DNA of 64,000 nt. Source: Candidatus Marinacidobacterales bacterium (lineage in GTDB: Bacteria > Acidobacteriota > Vicinamibacteria > Marinacidobacterales > DATDRI01). The notes under the pieces were generated by a model. It saw only the letters and a program-made list of their open reading frames with translations. It was not told the DNA's origin and made no database searches. The position numbers and the translations under genes are program-made. The stretch is taken from the NCBI GenBank assembly GCA_965226495.1, contig OZ245365.1, forward strand, positions 3,360,001 to 3,424,000, in the 5' to 3' direction. The first letter of the stretch is position 1, and every line of letters starts with the position of its first letter. This document shows, in pieces, positions 50,331-60,502 of the stretch.

Positions 50331-50564
50331 ATGGATAAGAAAGAGCGCACTCGACTCGTAGAGCGGTTTGCCTCTGGACTCAAGTATCCTTACCTCTTCC
50401 TGCTCATCGCGGTCGTCTTCGCCCTAGACCTCATCGTGCCCGACGCGATCCCCTTCATCGACGAAATTCTCCTGGGGCTGGTGGCCGTTCTATTGGGAAC
50501 ATGGAAAGAGCGCAAGGGGGTGGAGTCGAAACCCCCGATGAAGAATGTTACTCCCGACCGGTAG
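50331..50564 (+). CDS. Small membrane protein (DUF6116-like)
   Basis: L.YP.LF...PD.IPFIDEILLGL...LL..WK pattern. Confidence 0.7.
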   Translation: MDKKERTRLVERFASGLKYPYLFLLIAVVFALDLIVPDAIPFIDEILLGLVAVLLGTWKERKGVESKPPMKNVTPDR

Positions 50565-50781
50565 GGCTACTTCCTCTTCGCTTCACCAAAAGCATTCGAG
50601 TTCTTTCCGATCCACTTCTCAATCGCCTCCACGAGTCCGCTCCCCTTTGACTTTTCGGGTACCGGGGGACTATTTTCCCTCCCGATGGCCGGCCCTGTCC
50701 TCGACTCCTATTTCCCAGTGGTTCGGTGCGACAACCTCTCTTAGATGGAGCTTTGTCACGGTGACTCGAAAAGGCTCGTCG

Positions 50782-52740
50782 GTGTCCCGGAGCCCCACCG
50801 CGCTCAGCCGATCTCTGTCGAAATACCCGCTACTCACGCTGGCCACCCTCGGCTTCGGAGGGGCGGGTGTTCTACTCTGGCATTTCTCACAGCTGTCTTC
50901 CGAACTGAAAGAGGCAGCCGCGATAGAAAGCGCCGCCCGGTACTCCGAAGTGCTCGCAGAGTTTCGGACGCTCTATACGTCGGAGGTCGTGTCTCGGCTA
51001 CGGCCTCACGGCATCGAAGTCACTCACGACTACCAGTCGAAAGAAGGTGCCATACCACTGCCCGCCACGCTGAGTATGCTCCTTGGCGAGCGAATCGGGA
51101 GAAAAGGCTCCTCCGTTCAAGTACATCTATATAGCGACTACCCTTTTCCCTGGCGGGAAGACGGAGGTCCGAGAAACGATTTCGAACGGGCCGCCCTCGG
51201 CCAGTTGAGGCGAACTCCGAATGAGCCCTTCTTTCAATTCGCCGAGATCCAGGGTCAGCCCGCACTGCATTACGCAACGGCAGATCTCATGAGACCCCAG
51301 TGCGTCGGTTGTCACAACTCCCACCCCGACAGCCCCAAAACGGACTGGGGTGTGGGAGACGTGCGCGGCGTCCTGGAGGTTATCTTACCGATGCACAACG
51401 TGGAGGCGGTGGCCCGGACTGGGCTCAGAGGCACGTTGCTCCTGACGTTGACCCTGATTCTGACCGGTCTTGGACTACTGGCCGTGGTGATCACCGGACT
51501 CCGGCGCTCGTGGGAGACGGAGGAAAGACTACAAGCACAACTACGCCATTCCCACAAGATGGAAACCATCGGGACGTTGGCGGGCGGCATCGCCCACGAC
51601 TTCAATAACGTCCTGACGCCCATCCTCGGATACACGAACATGGCCCTCGAGGACACCCCTCCCAAAAGCCGCACCCATTCCGACCTCCAGCACATCCTCG
51701 CCGCCGGCAAACGCGCGAAAGAGCTCGTGAATCAGATTCTGACTTTCAGTCGACGGAGTGAGCCGGAGCGAAAACCCGTCCAGATTGCATTCATCGTCAC
51801 CGAGGCGCTGAAACTGCTGCGTTCTTCCCTGCCGTCCACGATCGAGTTCCGCCAAGAGATCGACCAGGATTGCGGTACGGTGCTCGCCGATGCGACCCAG
51901 ATTCATCAGGTCATCATGAATCTGTGCACGAATGCGTTCCACGCGATGAGAGAAAGCGGAGGGATGCTCGAAGTGAACCTCGGTGTCGTGGAGGTAGACG
52001 ACGAGCTCGCGCGACCACATCCCAAACTCGCTCTCGGGCCCTACGTGAGGCTGACGTTCAGCGACTCCGGTCATGGAATGGATCCCGAGACCCGAGACCG
52101 CATCTTCGAACCGTTCTTTACGACAAAGGGCGTCGGCAAAGGGACCGGTCTCGGCCTCTCCGTTGTCCATGGAATCGTAGTGAGCCACGGCGGCGAAATC
52201 ACGGTCTACAGCGAGCCCGGCCTGGGAACTACTTTCCACGTCTACCTGCCCCGCTCAGAGGCCCCGGCAGACGGGCGCCAACCGGCCCGCTCCGACGCCG
52301 AGCCCGCCGTCACTGGAAGTGAGCGAGTGTTGGTCGTAGATGACGACGAAGAGGTCGCCCAAGTGGCAGAGCAAATGCTGAAACGACTCGGTTACCAGGT
52401 GACGGTGCGCACGAACAGCGCCGAAGCCCGGGATATATTCCTCGCCCATCCCGAGCGATTCGATATCGTCATCACCGATCAGACCATGCCCCAGCTGACG
52501 GGCGTCGAATTGGCCAAGGAGCTTCTTGGCGCCCGGCCCGACTTACCCATTATCCTTATTAGTGGCTTCAGCGAGCTCATCACCAGGGCGAAGATCAAGA
52601 AAATCGGGATTCGGCATTACCTTATGAAACCCCTGGTCGGGAGCGAGCTAGGGGCGGCGATCAGACAAGTCCTCGATAAGAATGATAAAAATGTTGAGAG
52701 TGACGAAAATGACAAGAACGAGAAACGAGAGGAGGGATGA
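50782..52740 (+). CDS. Hybrid sensor histidine kinase with heme-c (Tll0287/DUF3365-like) sensor and receiver domain
   Basis: IPLPAT, YSDYPFP.R, CVGCH, GDVRG; GIAHDFNN, GKGTGLGL; REC VDDD..TDQTMP. Start approximate. Confidence 0.9.
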   Translation: MSRSPTALSRSLSKYPLLTLATLGFGGAGVLLWHFSQLSSELKEAAAIESAARYSEVLAEFRTLYTSEVVSRLRPHGIEVTHDYQSKEGAIPLPATLSMLLGERIGRKGSSVQVHLYSDYPFPWREDGGPRNDFERAALGQLRRTPNEPFFQFAEIQGQPALHYATADLMRPQCVGCHNSHPDSPKTDWGVGDVRGVLEVILPMHNVEAVARTGLRGTLLLTLTLILTGLGLLAVVITGLRRSWETEERLQAQLRHSHKMETIGTLAGGIAHDFNNVLTPILGYTNMALEDTPPKSRTHSDLQHILAAGKRAKELVNQILTFSRRSEPERKPVQIAFIVTEALKLLRSSLPSTIEFRQEIDQDCGTVLADATQIHQVIMNLCTNAFHAMRESGGMLEVNLGVVEVDDELARPHPKLALGPYVRLTFSDSGHGMDPETRDRIFEPFFTTKGVGKGTGLGLSVVHGIVVSHGGEITVYSEPGLGTTFHVYLPRSEAPADGRQPARSDAEPAVTGSERVLVVDDDEEVAQVAEQMLKRLGYQVTVRTNSAEARDIFLAHPERFDIVITDQTMPQLTGVELAKELLGARPDLPIILISGFSELITRAKIKKIGIRHYLMKPLVGSELGAAIRQVLDKNDKNVESDENDKNEKREEG

Positions 52741-52743
52741 GCG

Positions 52744-53100
52744 ATGGCCCGAATCCTTGTTGTAGACGACAACGACGACATACGGCAAATGCTCCGGGAA
52801 CTACTGGAACGCGCCGGGCATGAGGTCACCGACAGCCACAATGCGGACGAGGCGTTACGGAGCTACCGCGAAAAACCATCGGATCTCTGCATCCTGGATC
52901 TACTGATGCCGGAAAAACAGGGCATGACCAGCATCCCGGAGTTCTTACGGGAGTTCCCAGACGTTAAGATCATTGCGATTTCGGGGGCCGGCCGGGAGTT
53001 TCTCGCCCTCGCCAAGAAGCTCGGCGCCCAACGCGCGTACACCAAGCCATTGGAACTGGATGAGTTAATGCAAGGTGTCAAGGAACTTCTTGACAACTAA
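52744..53100 (+). CDS. Single-domain response regulator
   Basis: ILVVDD, LDLLMP, IIAISG, KP. Confidence 0.9.
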   Translation: MARILVVDDNDDIRQMLRELLERAGHEVTDSHNADEALRSYREKPSDLCILDLLMPEKQGMTSIPEFLREFPDVKIIAISGAGREFLALAKKLGAQRAYTKPLELDELMQGVKELLDN

Positions 53101-53110
53101 GGAGGGAGGG

Positions 53111-53569
53111 ATGCAACGAATGATTCTACTCGTTTCGCTCGTAGTCTTCGCAGGTCTTGCGGTCACCGCAGAAGAGGCCGACCAACAGGTGGCCGAAGAG
53201 ATCATCGCTATCACCAAGGCGCAGTGGGCGGCCGAAAAAGAGAAGAACCTAGCGGAAGCGATGAAGAACGTCGCCGACGAGTACACCGAGTTCAATCCCA
53301 ACTCCCCGGTCCGCGTCGACGGCAAGGCGCTGGCTGTGCACATCCAAGAGGTCCTCGCCACCGGAAACAGCAAGTCGGTCTTGGCCGAGATGGCTAATGA
53401 GAAGGTCCAGGTCTATGGGGACGTCGCCATTCTGACCTACAACTATTTCGGCGCGGTCAAGGACGAGAACGGCAACATTGAGCAAACACCCGCCAAGTCA
53501 ACCCGTGTCTACGCGAAGAAAAACGGCAAGTGGATGCTGGTCCACGCCAACTTTGCGGTCGCTAATTGA
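53111..53569 (+). CDS. Secreted NTF2-like (DUF4440) protein
   Basis: Strong RBS, signal peptide, VQVYGDVAILTY...STRVY.K.NGKW.LVH. Confidence 0.85.
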   Translation: MQRMILLVSLVVFAGLAVTAEEADQQVAEEIIAITKAQWAAEKEKNLAEAMKNVADEYTEFNPNSPVRVDGKALAVHIQEVLATGNSKSVLAEMANEKVQVYGDVAILTYNYFGAVKDENGNIEQTPAKSTRVYAKKNGKWMLVHANFAVAN

Positions 53570-53654
53570 TTTAGCGGGAGTTGGCTCTTGAAATCGTGTC
53601 CGGGCTTGATTTTTCCTGCGGACGCTCGCCGCTGGTCTCGTCACCATCGATACG

Positions 53655-54140
53655 TTACGAGCAGGATCGGGAAACAAGCATTCCCAAGACCCCGAACACC
53701 ACACCGAAAAAAAGCGTAATCACCGTCCTGGTCCACGACCGGCCCGCTTGGCCCTGGGTTGAGACCATCTCGCCGAAGGATGCCTCTTTGACTTGCTCAT
53801 CCAACTGTTCGACAACCGCTATCGCCTTCTCCGTGGGCTTGACGTACCTCTTGACTCCACCCGGAACGTCCCACATCTGGACCTGGGCGTACTGCCGACG
53901 AGTTAAGGAAGACAAAATGTCGTGAAACTCGGTCCCCAGGACCCTGCCGGCTGCAACGTCGTAACCGACATCCGCCGCCAATTGCGGCTCCTGGACCCAT
54001 CCGTGTTTTTCGATCTTCCTCCCTCCCGGACTCTCGAGGCGAGAGCCGTCCGCGCCTTTGGGGCTGGTGCCGGTGGGACGGTGAAAGTTGACGAGAATCG
54101 TCAGGACTCTTTTCTCGTCCGGAGTCAAGTTGTCAGTCAC
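53655..54140 (-). CDS. Hypothetical protein (possible winged-helix N-terminus, C-terminal TM)
   Basis: 161-aa ORF, LTPDEKRVL start, hydrophobic C-terminal helix. Confidence 0.55.
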   Translation of the reverse strand: MTDNLTPDEKRVLTILVNFHRPTGTSPKGADGSRLESPGGRKIEKHGWVQEPQLAADVGYDVAAGRVLGTEFHDILSSLTRRQYAQVQMWDVPGGVKRYVKPTEKAIAVVEQLDEQVKEASFGEMVSTQGQAGRSWTRTVITLFFGVVFGVLGMLVSRSCS

Positions 54141-54197
54141 GACGTTCTCTCTGGCCGAAACCGGTAGGTCATAACGGGAGCGTGCGAGGGATGTGAA

Positions 54198-54686
54198 TCA
54201 CTGAATGGGCACGCCGAGCCCTGTTTCCACCGGATGGCCCCCCGTCTCCCATGCACGGAAACCACCTTGCAGCGCCGAGACGTTCGCGAATCCTGCCATC
54301 TTGAGCACAAGCGCCGCACCGGCGCTAACCTCCTCGGCCTGTCACGTGCAGTAGGTGACAATCGTAGCATCGCGGCTAATCTCTAGAACACGTTTGCCGA
54401 GATTGTTCAGGGGAATGGAGACCGCTCCGGGAATGTGTCCTCGCAAAAAATTCTCTCGGCTACGCACATCGATGACGATCACGTTGGACTCTTCTGGCCT
54501 TTCGAGGAGAGACACGAAATCTTCGAGCGAGATTCGTGGAACCCCCGCCCTGGCGGCCTCCTCGCTGCGTTCGACCGTTCGCGGTTCTTCAGAAACAGGG
54601 GGAACGCCAACATCGGCGGGTGGGGTCTCGCAAGACGTGACCAGCAGAAGTGGCGCAAGAATCACAAGCGATCCGTGGGCTTTCAC
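54198..54686 (-). CDS. Rhodanese-domain lipoprotein, probable selenoprotein (C-T-U)
   Basis: Lipobox VTSC; IDVR...GHIPGA; IVTYCT-TGA(54342-54344), then in-frame QAEEVSAGAALVLKMAGFANVSALQGGFRAWETGGHPVE completing the rhodanese fold. Confidence 0.85.
54303..54335 (-). promoter_or_regulatory. Candidate bacterial SECIS element
   Basis: AGCGCC-GGTGC-GGCGCT hairpin starting 16 nt after the UGA, with a G-initiated apical loop and an outer GAG/CTC pairing. Confidence 0.7.
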
Positions 54687-54784
54687 TTTATCCTTCCATG
54701 TGTTGTGGAGGTGGGGAAGCGCGGGGCTTCCCCTCAAGAAATTATACGCGAATCGCGCGCGTAGGGCGATCCGGAGATCTCTGA

Positions 54785-54813
54785 TTGACATTGGAAAGCG
54801 GTAGGTCTAGCCT
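54785..54813 (+). promoter_or_regulatory. Sigma70-type promoter
   Basis: TTGACA-17 nt-TAGCCT upstream of 54902. Confidence 0.5.
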
Positions 54814-54901
54814 AGCGGCCAGCGTTCTGCAAGCCTCTCTCATTCCAGCCCGGTTAAAAGAGGCACCTTATAAAAAGTACCCTTTTCATATGGAGGTAAT
54901 C

Positions 54902-55396
54902 ATGACGAAACACCCTTTATTACTGACCACCACGGCGGTGCTGCTCACCGTTATTGCGTGCGCGCCGCCACCCGAACCCCCACCCGAGATCGACATCGAA
55001 GCAGAAAGAGCAGCACTCACACAGGCAGCCAACCGCTATAGCGAGGGCGGCCATTCGATGGATATCGACGCCATTGCATCCCTTTATGCAAGCGACGCTT
55101 TGGTGATGGGCTCCAATATGGAGACGAAGGAAGGCGCGGCTGGAGTCCGCGAGTTCCTCGCCGCCTTCAAGGAGACCCCCGGTTTTGAGGTGAGTTTCGG
55201 AGCGCCGACCGTCGTAGTCTCCAAGGGAGCCGACATGGGCTACACGCTCGCCGATATCGAGATCTCGTTCGACGGCCCGGACGGGAAGCCGGTGAACTCA
55301 CGGGAACGTGATTTCCATCTCTGGAAGAAGCAGGCAGATGGTTCCTGGAAGATCGTCATTGATATATGGAACTCACCGGCTCCCGCCAGCGAGTAA
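54902..55396 (+). CDS. NTF2-like (DUF4440/YybH) lipoprotein
   Basis: GGAGG RBS, lipobox VIAC, DMGYT...WKKQADGSWKIVIDIWNS. Confidence 0.88.
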   Translation: MTKHPLLLTTTAVLLTVIACAPPPEPPPEIDIEAERAALTQAANRYSEGGHSMDIDAIASLYASDALVMGSNMETKEGAAGVREFLAAFKETPGFEVSFGAPTVVVSKGADMGYTLADIEISFDGPDGKPVNSRERDFHLWKKQADGSWKIVIDIWNSPAPASE

Positions 55397-55450
55397 ACCG
55401 AGTCGTGAATCGGTAATGTGTGTTAACTACCAAATTGGAGGGAGAAAATC

Positions 55451-55558
55451 ATGAAATCACTACTGTCGAAAACATTATTGATAGGCGTTACGCTAGGCAT
55501 CTGCCTCGCGGCCAATGCGGGCACTCGTGTCACTGAAGTATGGCAGTGCACTCTTTAG
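55451..55558 (+). pseudogene. Truncated secreted protein gene (signal peptide plus about 12 aa)
   Basis: Strong RBS; MKSLLSKTLLIGVTLGICLAANA-GTRVTEVWQCTL then TAG. Confidence 0.5.
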
Positions 55559-55702
55559 GGACAGGAGATCGAAGCCGCGCTCAACGAGGCTGCGACCTGC
55601 TCATCGAACAGCCTGCACCTGTCAACCGAAACCGAGAGTAAGTAAAGGGTCGACATCTCCTCGCCGCGTGTGCTCAGGGGTAGTGTGTTCGTACGGAGAT
55701 CC

Positions 55703-56200
55703 ATGGCGAAATCCCGTCCCTTGCTGACCTACCTGCCGCTGTTGCTGGTGTGCTCGTGCTCGCCCCTGCCAGAGGCCTCGGTCGACCTCGAAGCCGAAAG
55801 GGCGGTGCTCCACGAAACGGCCGACGCTTTTCATGAGGCAGCCCCGTCCATGGATGTGGAGAAGCTCGTATCTCACTATGCGAGCGACGTACTGCTGCTG
55901 CCGCCTGGTGGCAAGAGGCTGCAGGGAACGGAAGCGGCCCGCGACTTTCTGGCCGGCTTCGCAGCGATGCCGGGTGCCAAGGCCCGCTTCGAAGAGCCTC
56001 GACTCATCGAGGTCGCCCGCGGCGGTGACCTTGGCTACACGTTGGGCGATGCGGTGTTCTCATTCGATAGCCCCCACGGGAATACTCTGGTCCAACGCGT
56101 CCGAGAATTCCACCTGTGGAAGAAGCAGGATGACGGCTCGTGGAAGATCGTTATCGATATCTGGAACTCGGGGACTCCCCCACCAACACAGGGCCAATGA
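55703..56200 (+). CDS. NTF2-like (DUF4440/YybH) lipoprotein, paralog of 54902..55396
   Basis: DLEAERA.L, DLGYT, REFHLWKKQDDGSWKIVIDIWNS. Confidence 0.88.
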   Translation: MAKSRPLLTYLPLLLVCSCSPLPEASVDLEAERAVLHETADAFHEAAPSMDVEKLVSHYASDVLLLPPGGKRLQGTEAARDFLAGFAAMPGAKARFEEPRLIEVARGGDLGYTLGDAVFSFDSPHGNTLVQRVREFHLWKKQDDGSWKIVIDIWNSGTPPPTQGQ

Positions 56201-56224
56201 AAATCACAGATCAACGGAGATGTC

Positions 56225-57883
56225 GTGTCTATGACCAACAAAGTGGGAAGCCTGATCATGCTGGCGGCGGTGTTCGCCGCTGGAATTAGTAGAGCGGAGG
56301 AAAGCCCTGTGGCGAGCAGCTACGACGACCTGGTGGCACTCTTTGAAGACTGGCGGCAGTTCGAAGAACCGCCCATGCTCGACGGTGCGCCCGACTACAC
56401 TGCCGAACGATTCGCCGCCGCCCATGCCAAGCTTGCGGATTACCAGGCTCGCCTGAACGCGATCGACACCAGTGGTTGGCCCGTCGAGCAACAGGTCGAC
56501 TGGCACATCGTGCGCGCCGAAATAAACGGATTCGACTTCAACCACCGCGTGTTGAAGCCTTGGGTTCGTGATCCTGCGTATTACCAATCGGTATGGACCG
56601 AAAAGAGTGACGTGCCCGCACACGAAGGGCCGACCCATCACGCGGTGCTCGAGCTCTGGACCTATGATTTCCCGTTGTCTGCTGAAGAGGGGCAGCGCAT
56701 GATCCGCGATCTGCAGGTGATTCCGCCGCTCATGAAGCAAGCAAGAGGCAATTTGACCGGCAATGCCCGCGATCTTTGGGTGGCCGGCATCAGAAACATT
56801 GAGGGCCAACGAGCGAATCTCGACCTGATCGTCGGGAAAGTAGGTGAGGATGCGAGCGATGAGCTAGCCCAAGCGCTAAAAGCCGCGAAGGCGGCGACCG
56901 ACGAGCTCGTCGCCTGGCTCGAAGAACAGGCACCCTCCAAGACCGGGCCCTCCGGCATCGGCAAGGCCAACTACACTTGGTATCAGCAGAACGTGCATCT
57001 CGTGCCGCTGACCTGGGAAGATGAAGTCCGCTTGCTCAAACGTGAACTAGACCGCGCCTGGTCGTCCCTGCGTCTCGAAGAGCAGCGCAACCGTGAGTTG
57101 CCGCAATTGGTCGCCGCTTCGACGCGCGAGGAATACGATCGCCGGGCCGATGAAGCGGCGACGAAGTTCATCCAGTTTCTAGGAGAACAAGAAATTTTAA
57201 CCGTGAAAGACTATATGGATCCGGCTCTGCGGGAACACCTCGGCCATTTTGTTCCTGAGGGAGAGCGGAATTTCTTCTTCATCGCGATGCACTACGATCC
57301 CCTGACCCTTTATACGCATTTTTATCACTGGTTTGATTTGGCACAGATGCGCGACGAACCGCACAAGAGCCTGATTCGACGAGACCCTTTGCTCTACAAT
57401 ATTTTCGACAGCCGAAACGAGGGTACCGCGACCGGAGTCGAAGAAATGTTCATGCACGCCGGGCTCTACGACGACAACCCGCGCTCCCGCGAAATCGTCT
57501 GGATTCTGCTCGCACAGCGTGCCGCCCGCGGTCTGGGCTCTCTCTACGCCCACGCCAACGAGATGACCATGGCGGAGGCGGGGACGGTCCATGTCGAATG
57601 GACACCGCGGGGCTGGATGAGCGCGGAGCTCGACCTACTCAAGTTTGAACAACAGCTCTATCTACGTCAGCCGGGTTACGGCACGAGCTACATCACAGGG
57701 AAGTATCTGCTCGAGCGCCTCATGGGCGAGTACAGCAAAGGACTCGAAGAGCGGGGCGAAGTGTTCGTCATGGCGGATTTCTTCGACAAGTTTAACGACG
57801 CGGGCAGCATCCCGATCTCGCTGGTGCGCTGGCAGATGACCGGCCGCGACGACGAGATCAAGATGATGATGGGTGAGAACTAA
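56225..57883 (+). CDS. Secreted DUF885-like protein (possible metallopeptidase fold)
   Basis: Signal peptide; [35 protein letters not shown]. Confidence 0.7.
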   Translation: MSMTNKVGSLIMLAAVFAAGISRAEESPVASSYDDLVALFEDWRQFEEPPMLDGAPDYTAERFAAAHAKLADYQARLNAIDTSGWPVEQQVDWHIVRAEINGFDFNHRVLKPWVRDPAYYQSVWTEKSDVPAHEGPTHHAVLELWTYDFPLSAEEGQRMIRDLQVIPPLMKQARGNLTGNARDLWVAGIRNIEGQRANLDLIVGKVGEDASDELAQALKAAKAATDELVAWLEEQAPSKTGPSGIGKANYTWYQQNVHLVPLTWEDEVRLLKRELDRAWSSLRLEEQRNRELPQLVAASTREEYDRRADEAATKFIQFLGEQEILTVKDYMDPALREHLGHFVPEGERNFFFIAMHYDPLTLYTHFYHWFDLAQMRDEPHKSLIRRDPLLYNIFDSRNEGTATGVEEMFMHAGLYDDNPRSREIVWILLAQRAARGLGSLYAHANEMTMAEAGTVHVEWTPRGWMSAELDLLKFEQQLYLRQPGYGTSYITGKYLLERLMGEYSKGLEERGEVFVMADFFDKFNDAGSIPISLVRWQMTGRDDEIKMMMGEN

Positions 57884-57907
57884 CTCTAGAGAGAGCCCGA
57901 CACTCTG

Positions 57908-58891
57908 GTGCGTGATTTTCCTGTCGTCGATCTCTCCGCACTGAATGGCACCAGCGTCGCTCGTACCGCCCTGACCCACCAAATCGATGCCGTCTGTTGC
58001 GACATCGGTTTTCTGGCCGTGACCGGCCACGCGGTGCCCGACGACATTCTCCAGGACATGCAGGCGGTGACACGAGCCTTCTTCGACTTGCCGGTGGAGA
58101 AGAAGCTCGAAGTCAAGATGCCGTATGCGGGATACCCGTACGGCTACGCCCCCTTGCAAGCAGAGGCGCTCGCACAGTCGCGAGGCAACCAGACGCCGCC
58201 CGACCTCAAGGAGACGTTCAGTATTGGCCCGATTCATCTCCCCCACGGCGAGATCCAGAGCGACGAAGATGCGTTTCGCTACGCACCCACCCAATGGCCC
58301 CGCGAGCCCGAGGCGTTTCGGATGATCTGGACACGCTACTTCGATGCCCTGGCGGAGTTGTCCCGAGTCGTCATGAGGGCGTTTTCTCTAGCACTCGAGC
58401 TTCCAGAGGATTTCTTCGAGGACAAGATCGACCGTCACGGAAGCGCCGTCAGGGCTCTCAACTACCCGCCGCTTCTCGACGCGCCGCTGCCCGGCCAGTT
58501 CCGAGCCGGCGCGCATTCCGACTACGGGAGCCTCACCATCTTGCTGCCCGAGGACGGCTCGAGCGGACTCGAGATTCAAACCGCCGATGGCACCTGGCTT
58601 AAAGTGCCTCCGGTTCCTGGAGCATTTATCGTTAACATCGGCGACTTGATGGCGCGATGGACGAACGATCGTTGGGTGTCGACGATGCACCGGGTGGTAG
58701 GCTCCGCCGAAGGGGGTTCGCGCCGCCGGCAGTCGATCGCTTTCTTTCACCTCCCGAACTGGGATGCACCGATCGCCTGCCTGCCCAGCTGCGTAGCCGA
58801 GGACGAAGACCCCAAGTATCCGCCCGTTGTTTCAGGCCCTTACCTGATGCAGAAGTTTCGAAGTACGGTGAAGCCCAGCCGCGAGGTTTAG
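57908..58891 (+). CDS. Isopenicillin N synthase family 2OG-Fe(II) oxygenase (intact)
   Basis: PVVDL, GFLAVTGH, GAHSDYGSLTIL, NIGD...WTNDRW.ST.HRV, RQSIAFF. Confidence 0.92.
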   Translation: MRDFPVVDLSALNGTSVARTALTHQIDAVCCDIGFLAVTGHAVPDDILQDMQAVTRAFFDLPVEKKLEVKMPYAGYPYGYAPLQAEALAQSRGNQTPPDLKETFSIGPIHLPHGEIQSDEDAFRYAPTQWPREPEAFRMIWTRYFDALAELSRVVMRAFSLALELPEDFFEDKIDRHGSAVRALNYPPLLDAPLPGQFRAGAHSDYGSLTILLPEDGSSGLEIQTADGTWLKVPPVPGAFIVNIGDLMARWTNDRWVSTMHRVVGSAEGGSRRRQSIAFFHLPNWDAPIACLPSCVAEDEDPKYPPVVSGPYLMQKFRSTVKPSREV

Positions 58892-58965
58892 GCCGGCCGC
58901 CTGTCCCCTGGAGCTGTAAATCTTCGGAACCCTCTGCGACAATGGGGTATCGCACCCCATTACTC

Positions 58966-59766
58966 ATGGCTTTCAAAGGACGACTCGAGAATGCACCGCT
59001 CCTGGAGCTGATCCAGATCCTTGCCTATTCGCGAAAGAGCGGCCTCTTGACGGTGAAGTCCGGAGAAACGAGAGGCCTAGTAATCTTCCAAGAGGGAAAC
59101 GTCGTTTGTGCCTATAGCCCGAAGACCGTCGACCTTCTGGTCAAAGCCGCCCAGGAGGCTGACCCGGACCGTCGTTTATCGCTGCGACGGATCCAAGCCT
59201 TAACTTCCTTGCGGGAGCTCTTCGATCTGGCGGAGGGGGACTATCGCTTTGTCCGGGGGTCGAAACCGGTGCCCGAACTACAAGGCCTCAGCATCAAGCC
59301 TTTCTACGACGACGGGGCGTTGGAAACCGGAGACTTGTTGGTGGCGTTGGAGATGTCGATGGCCGAAGAGCCACAAGTGGCCCGGGCCGCAACGTTGCCC
59401 GAAAAGGATTATTCCGATGAACGGCGCCACGCTCGCTACGCCCCGATTATCATCAAGGGTGATCTCGTGATGTCGGGCAAAACCCTGAGCGGACTCCTAA
59501 CCAACTTGAGCTTGGGCGGCACGTTCTTTCATGCCGATGAGCTTCCTCCTAAGGACAGCCTCTGTGAGCTCCACTTCACTCTGCCCGAGGACCTCGGCCC
59601 GTGTAAGGCTCAGGCTAAGGTCGTGTGGGTGCGATCCGAGGGAGCGAACACGAGGAGAGGAGCCGGTCTTGCCTTCGAGGCGCTCGCCGTCGGTTGCCAG
59701 GAGAGGATCACGGCTTACCTGAAGCGATTCCAAGAGCTCGCCAGTGACGTCGACGCAAAGGCCTGA
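58966..59766 (+). CDS. DUF4388 plus PilZ domain protein
   Basis: FKG.L....L.ELIQ.L..SRKSG.L; PilZ motifs ERRHAR and NLSLGG. Confidence 0.82.
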   Translation: MAFKGRLENAPLLELIQILAYSRKSGLLTVKSGETRGLVIFQEGNVVCAYSPKTVDLLVKAAQEADPDRRLSLRRIQALTSLRELFDLAEGDYRFVRGSKPVPELQGLSIKPFYDDGALETGDLLVALEMSMAEEPQVARAATLPEKDYSDERRHARYAPIIIKGDLVMSGKTLSGLLTNLSLGGTFFHADELPPKDSLCELHFTLPEDLGPCKAQAKVVWVRSEGANTRRGAGLAFEALAVGCQERITAYLKRFQELASDVDAKA

Positions 59767-59784
59767 CCCGAGCCTCTCGAAGAA

Positions 59785-60360
59785 TTACTGAGCCCGTTCT
59801 AGCACCGCCGCCAACTCGCTGGCTTGCGCGATGTCAACGAGGATGAAACCCTCTTCCTCGACCGCGACCAGCTCATCCTCCATCTTACTCGTCCTGGACG
59901 TTCCGAGGACGCGATACTCGCATCGTCTCGACAACTCCGATCCACGTTCCACGAACGCAACGAGCTCGGGCAGACCAAAGGAGCGCTCTCGCCTTGTCAT
60001 CGTACCGGGAAGGAGACAGTACCCGGCGGCCGCGGCCTCGTTCAACTCTTTCTGCATCGTGTCGATCTTGGTCGTCCCAATGACACGATACCCAAAATCC
60101 TCACCCTTAGAAGCGGTCCTTTTCATCAGGGCCACTTGCCCGCCGCCCCTGGACGCGGTTGCCACGATGCGGAATCCCAAAGCCGCCGCTTCGTCAATCT
60201 CTTTTTGCAGGGTCGTCGTTTTGGACGTGGAAAGTACGAGGTAGATCTTGTTGGGATCAATCTCGGCCATCGCGGCTGAGCCCAGGAGCAACGTGGCGAC
60301 AGCCACTGAAAGGAGCCGAACGAGATGCGAGCTCGATTCTTGTACGCACTCTTTTCTCAT
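59785..60360 (-). CDS. Secreted hypothetical protein with three internal repeats
   Basis: GGAGG RBS, signal peptide, three units of Y.V(L/I).T.(K/R)...(L/M)(Q/E).E......G(F/Y). Confidence 0.75.
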   Translation of the reverse strand: MRKECVQESSSHLVRLLSVAVATLLLGSAAMAEIDPNKIYLVLSTSKTTTLQKEIDEAAALGFRIVATASRGGGQVALMKRTASKGEDFGYRVIGTTKIDTMQKELNEAAAAGYCLLPGTMTRRERSFGLPELVAFVERGSELSRRCEYRVLGTSRTSKMEDELVAVEEEGFILVDIAQASELAAVLERAQ

Positions 60361-60502
60361 TTCCAACCTCCTCCATGCGGATCTTGTTGAAGTGAATAGC
60401 ACTACACAGGCTGAAAAGTCAAAAGAGGACAACAGCTCCCCCAACAGGTCTTCTTGAACTCCCAGATCTCTTTTTGTTCGGCGGACCAGTCCGCGGACAG
60501 GT

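Noticed and set aside
53111-57900. Integron cassette array
   Set aside because: No attC-like RYYYAAC...GTTRRRY inverted cores between the genes and no intI in the window.
58941-58961. 8-bp hairpin AATGGGGT-atcgc-ACCCCATT just before the DUF4388-PilZ start
   Set aside because: No U-tract and no supporting context; cannot distinguish a terminator from a leader structure or chance.
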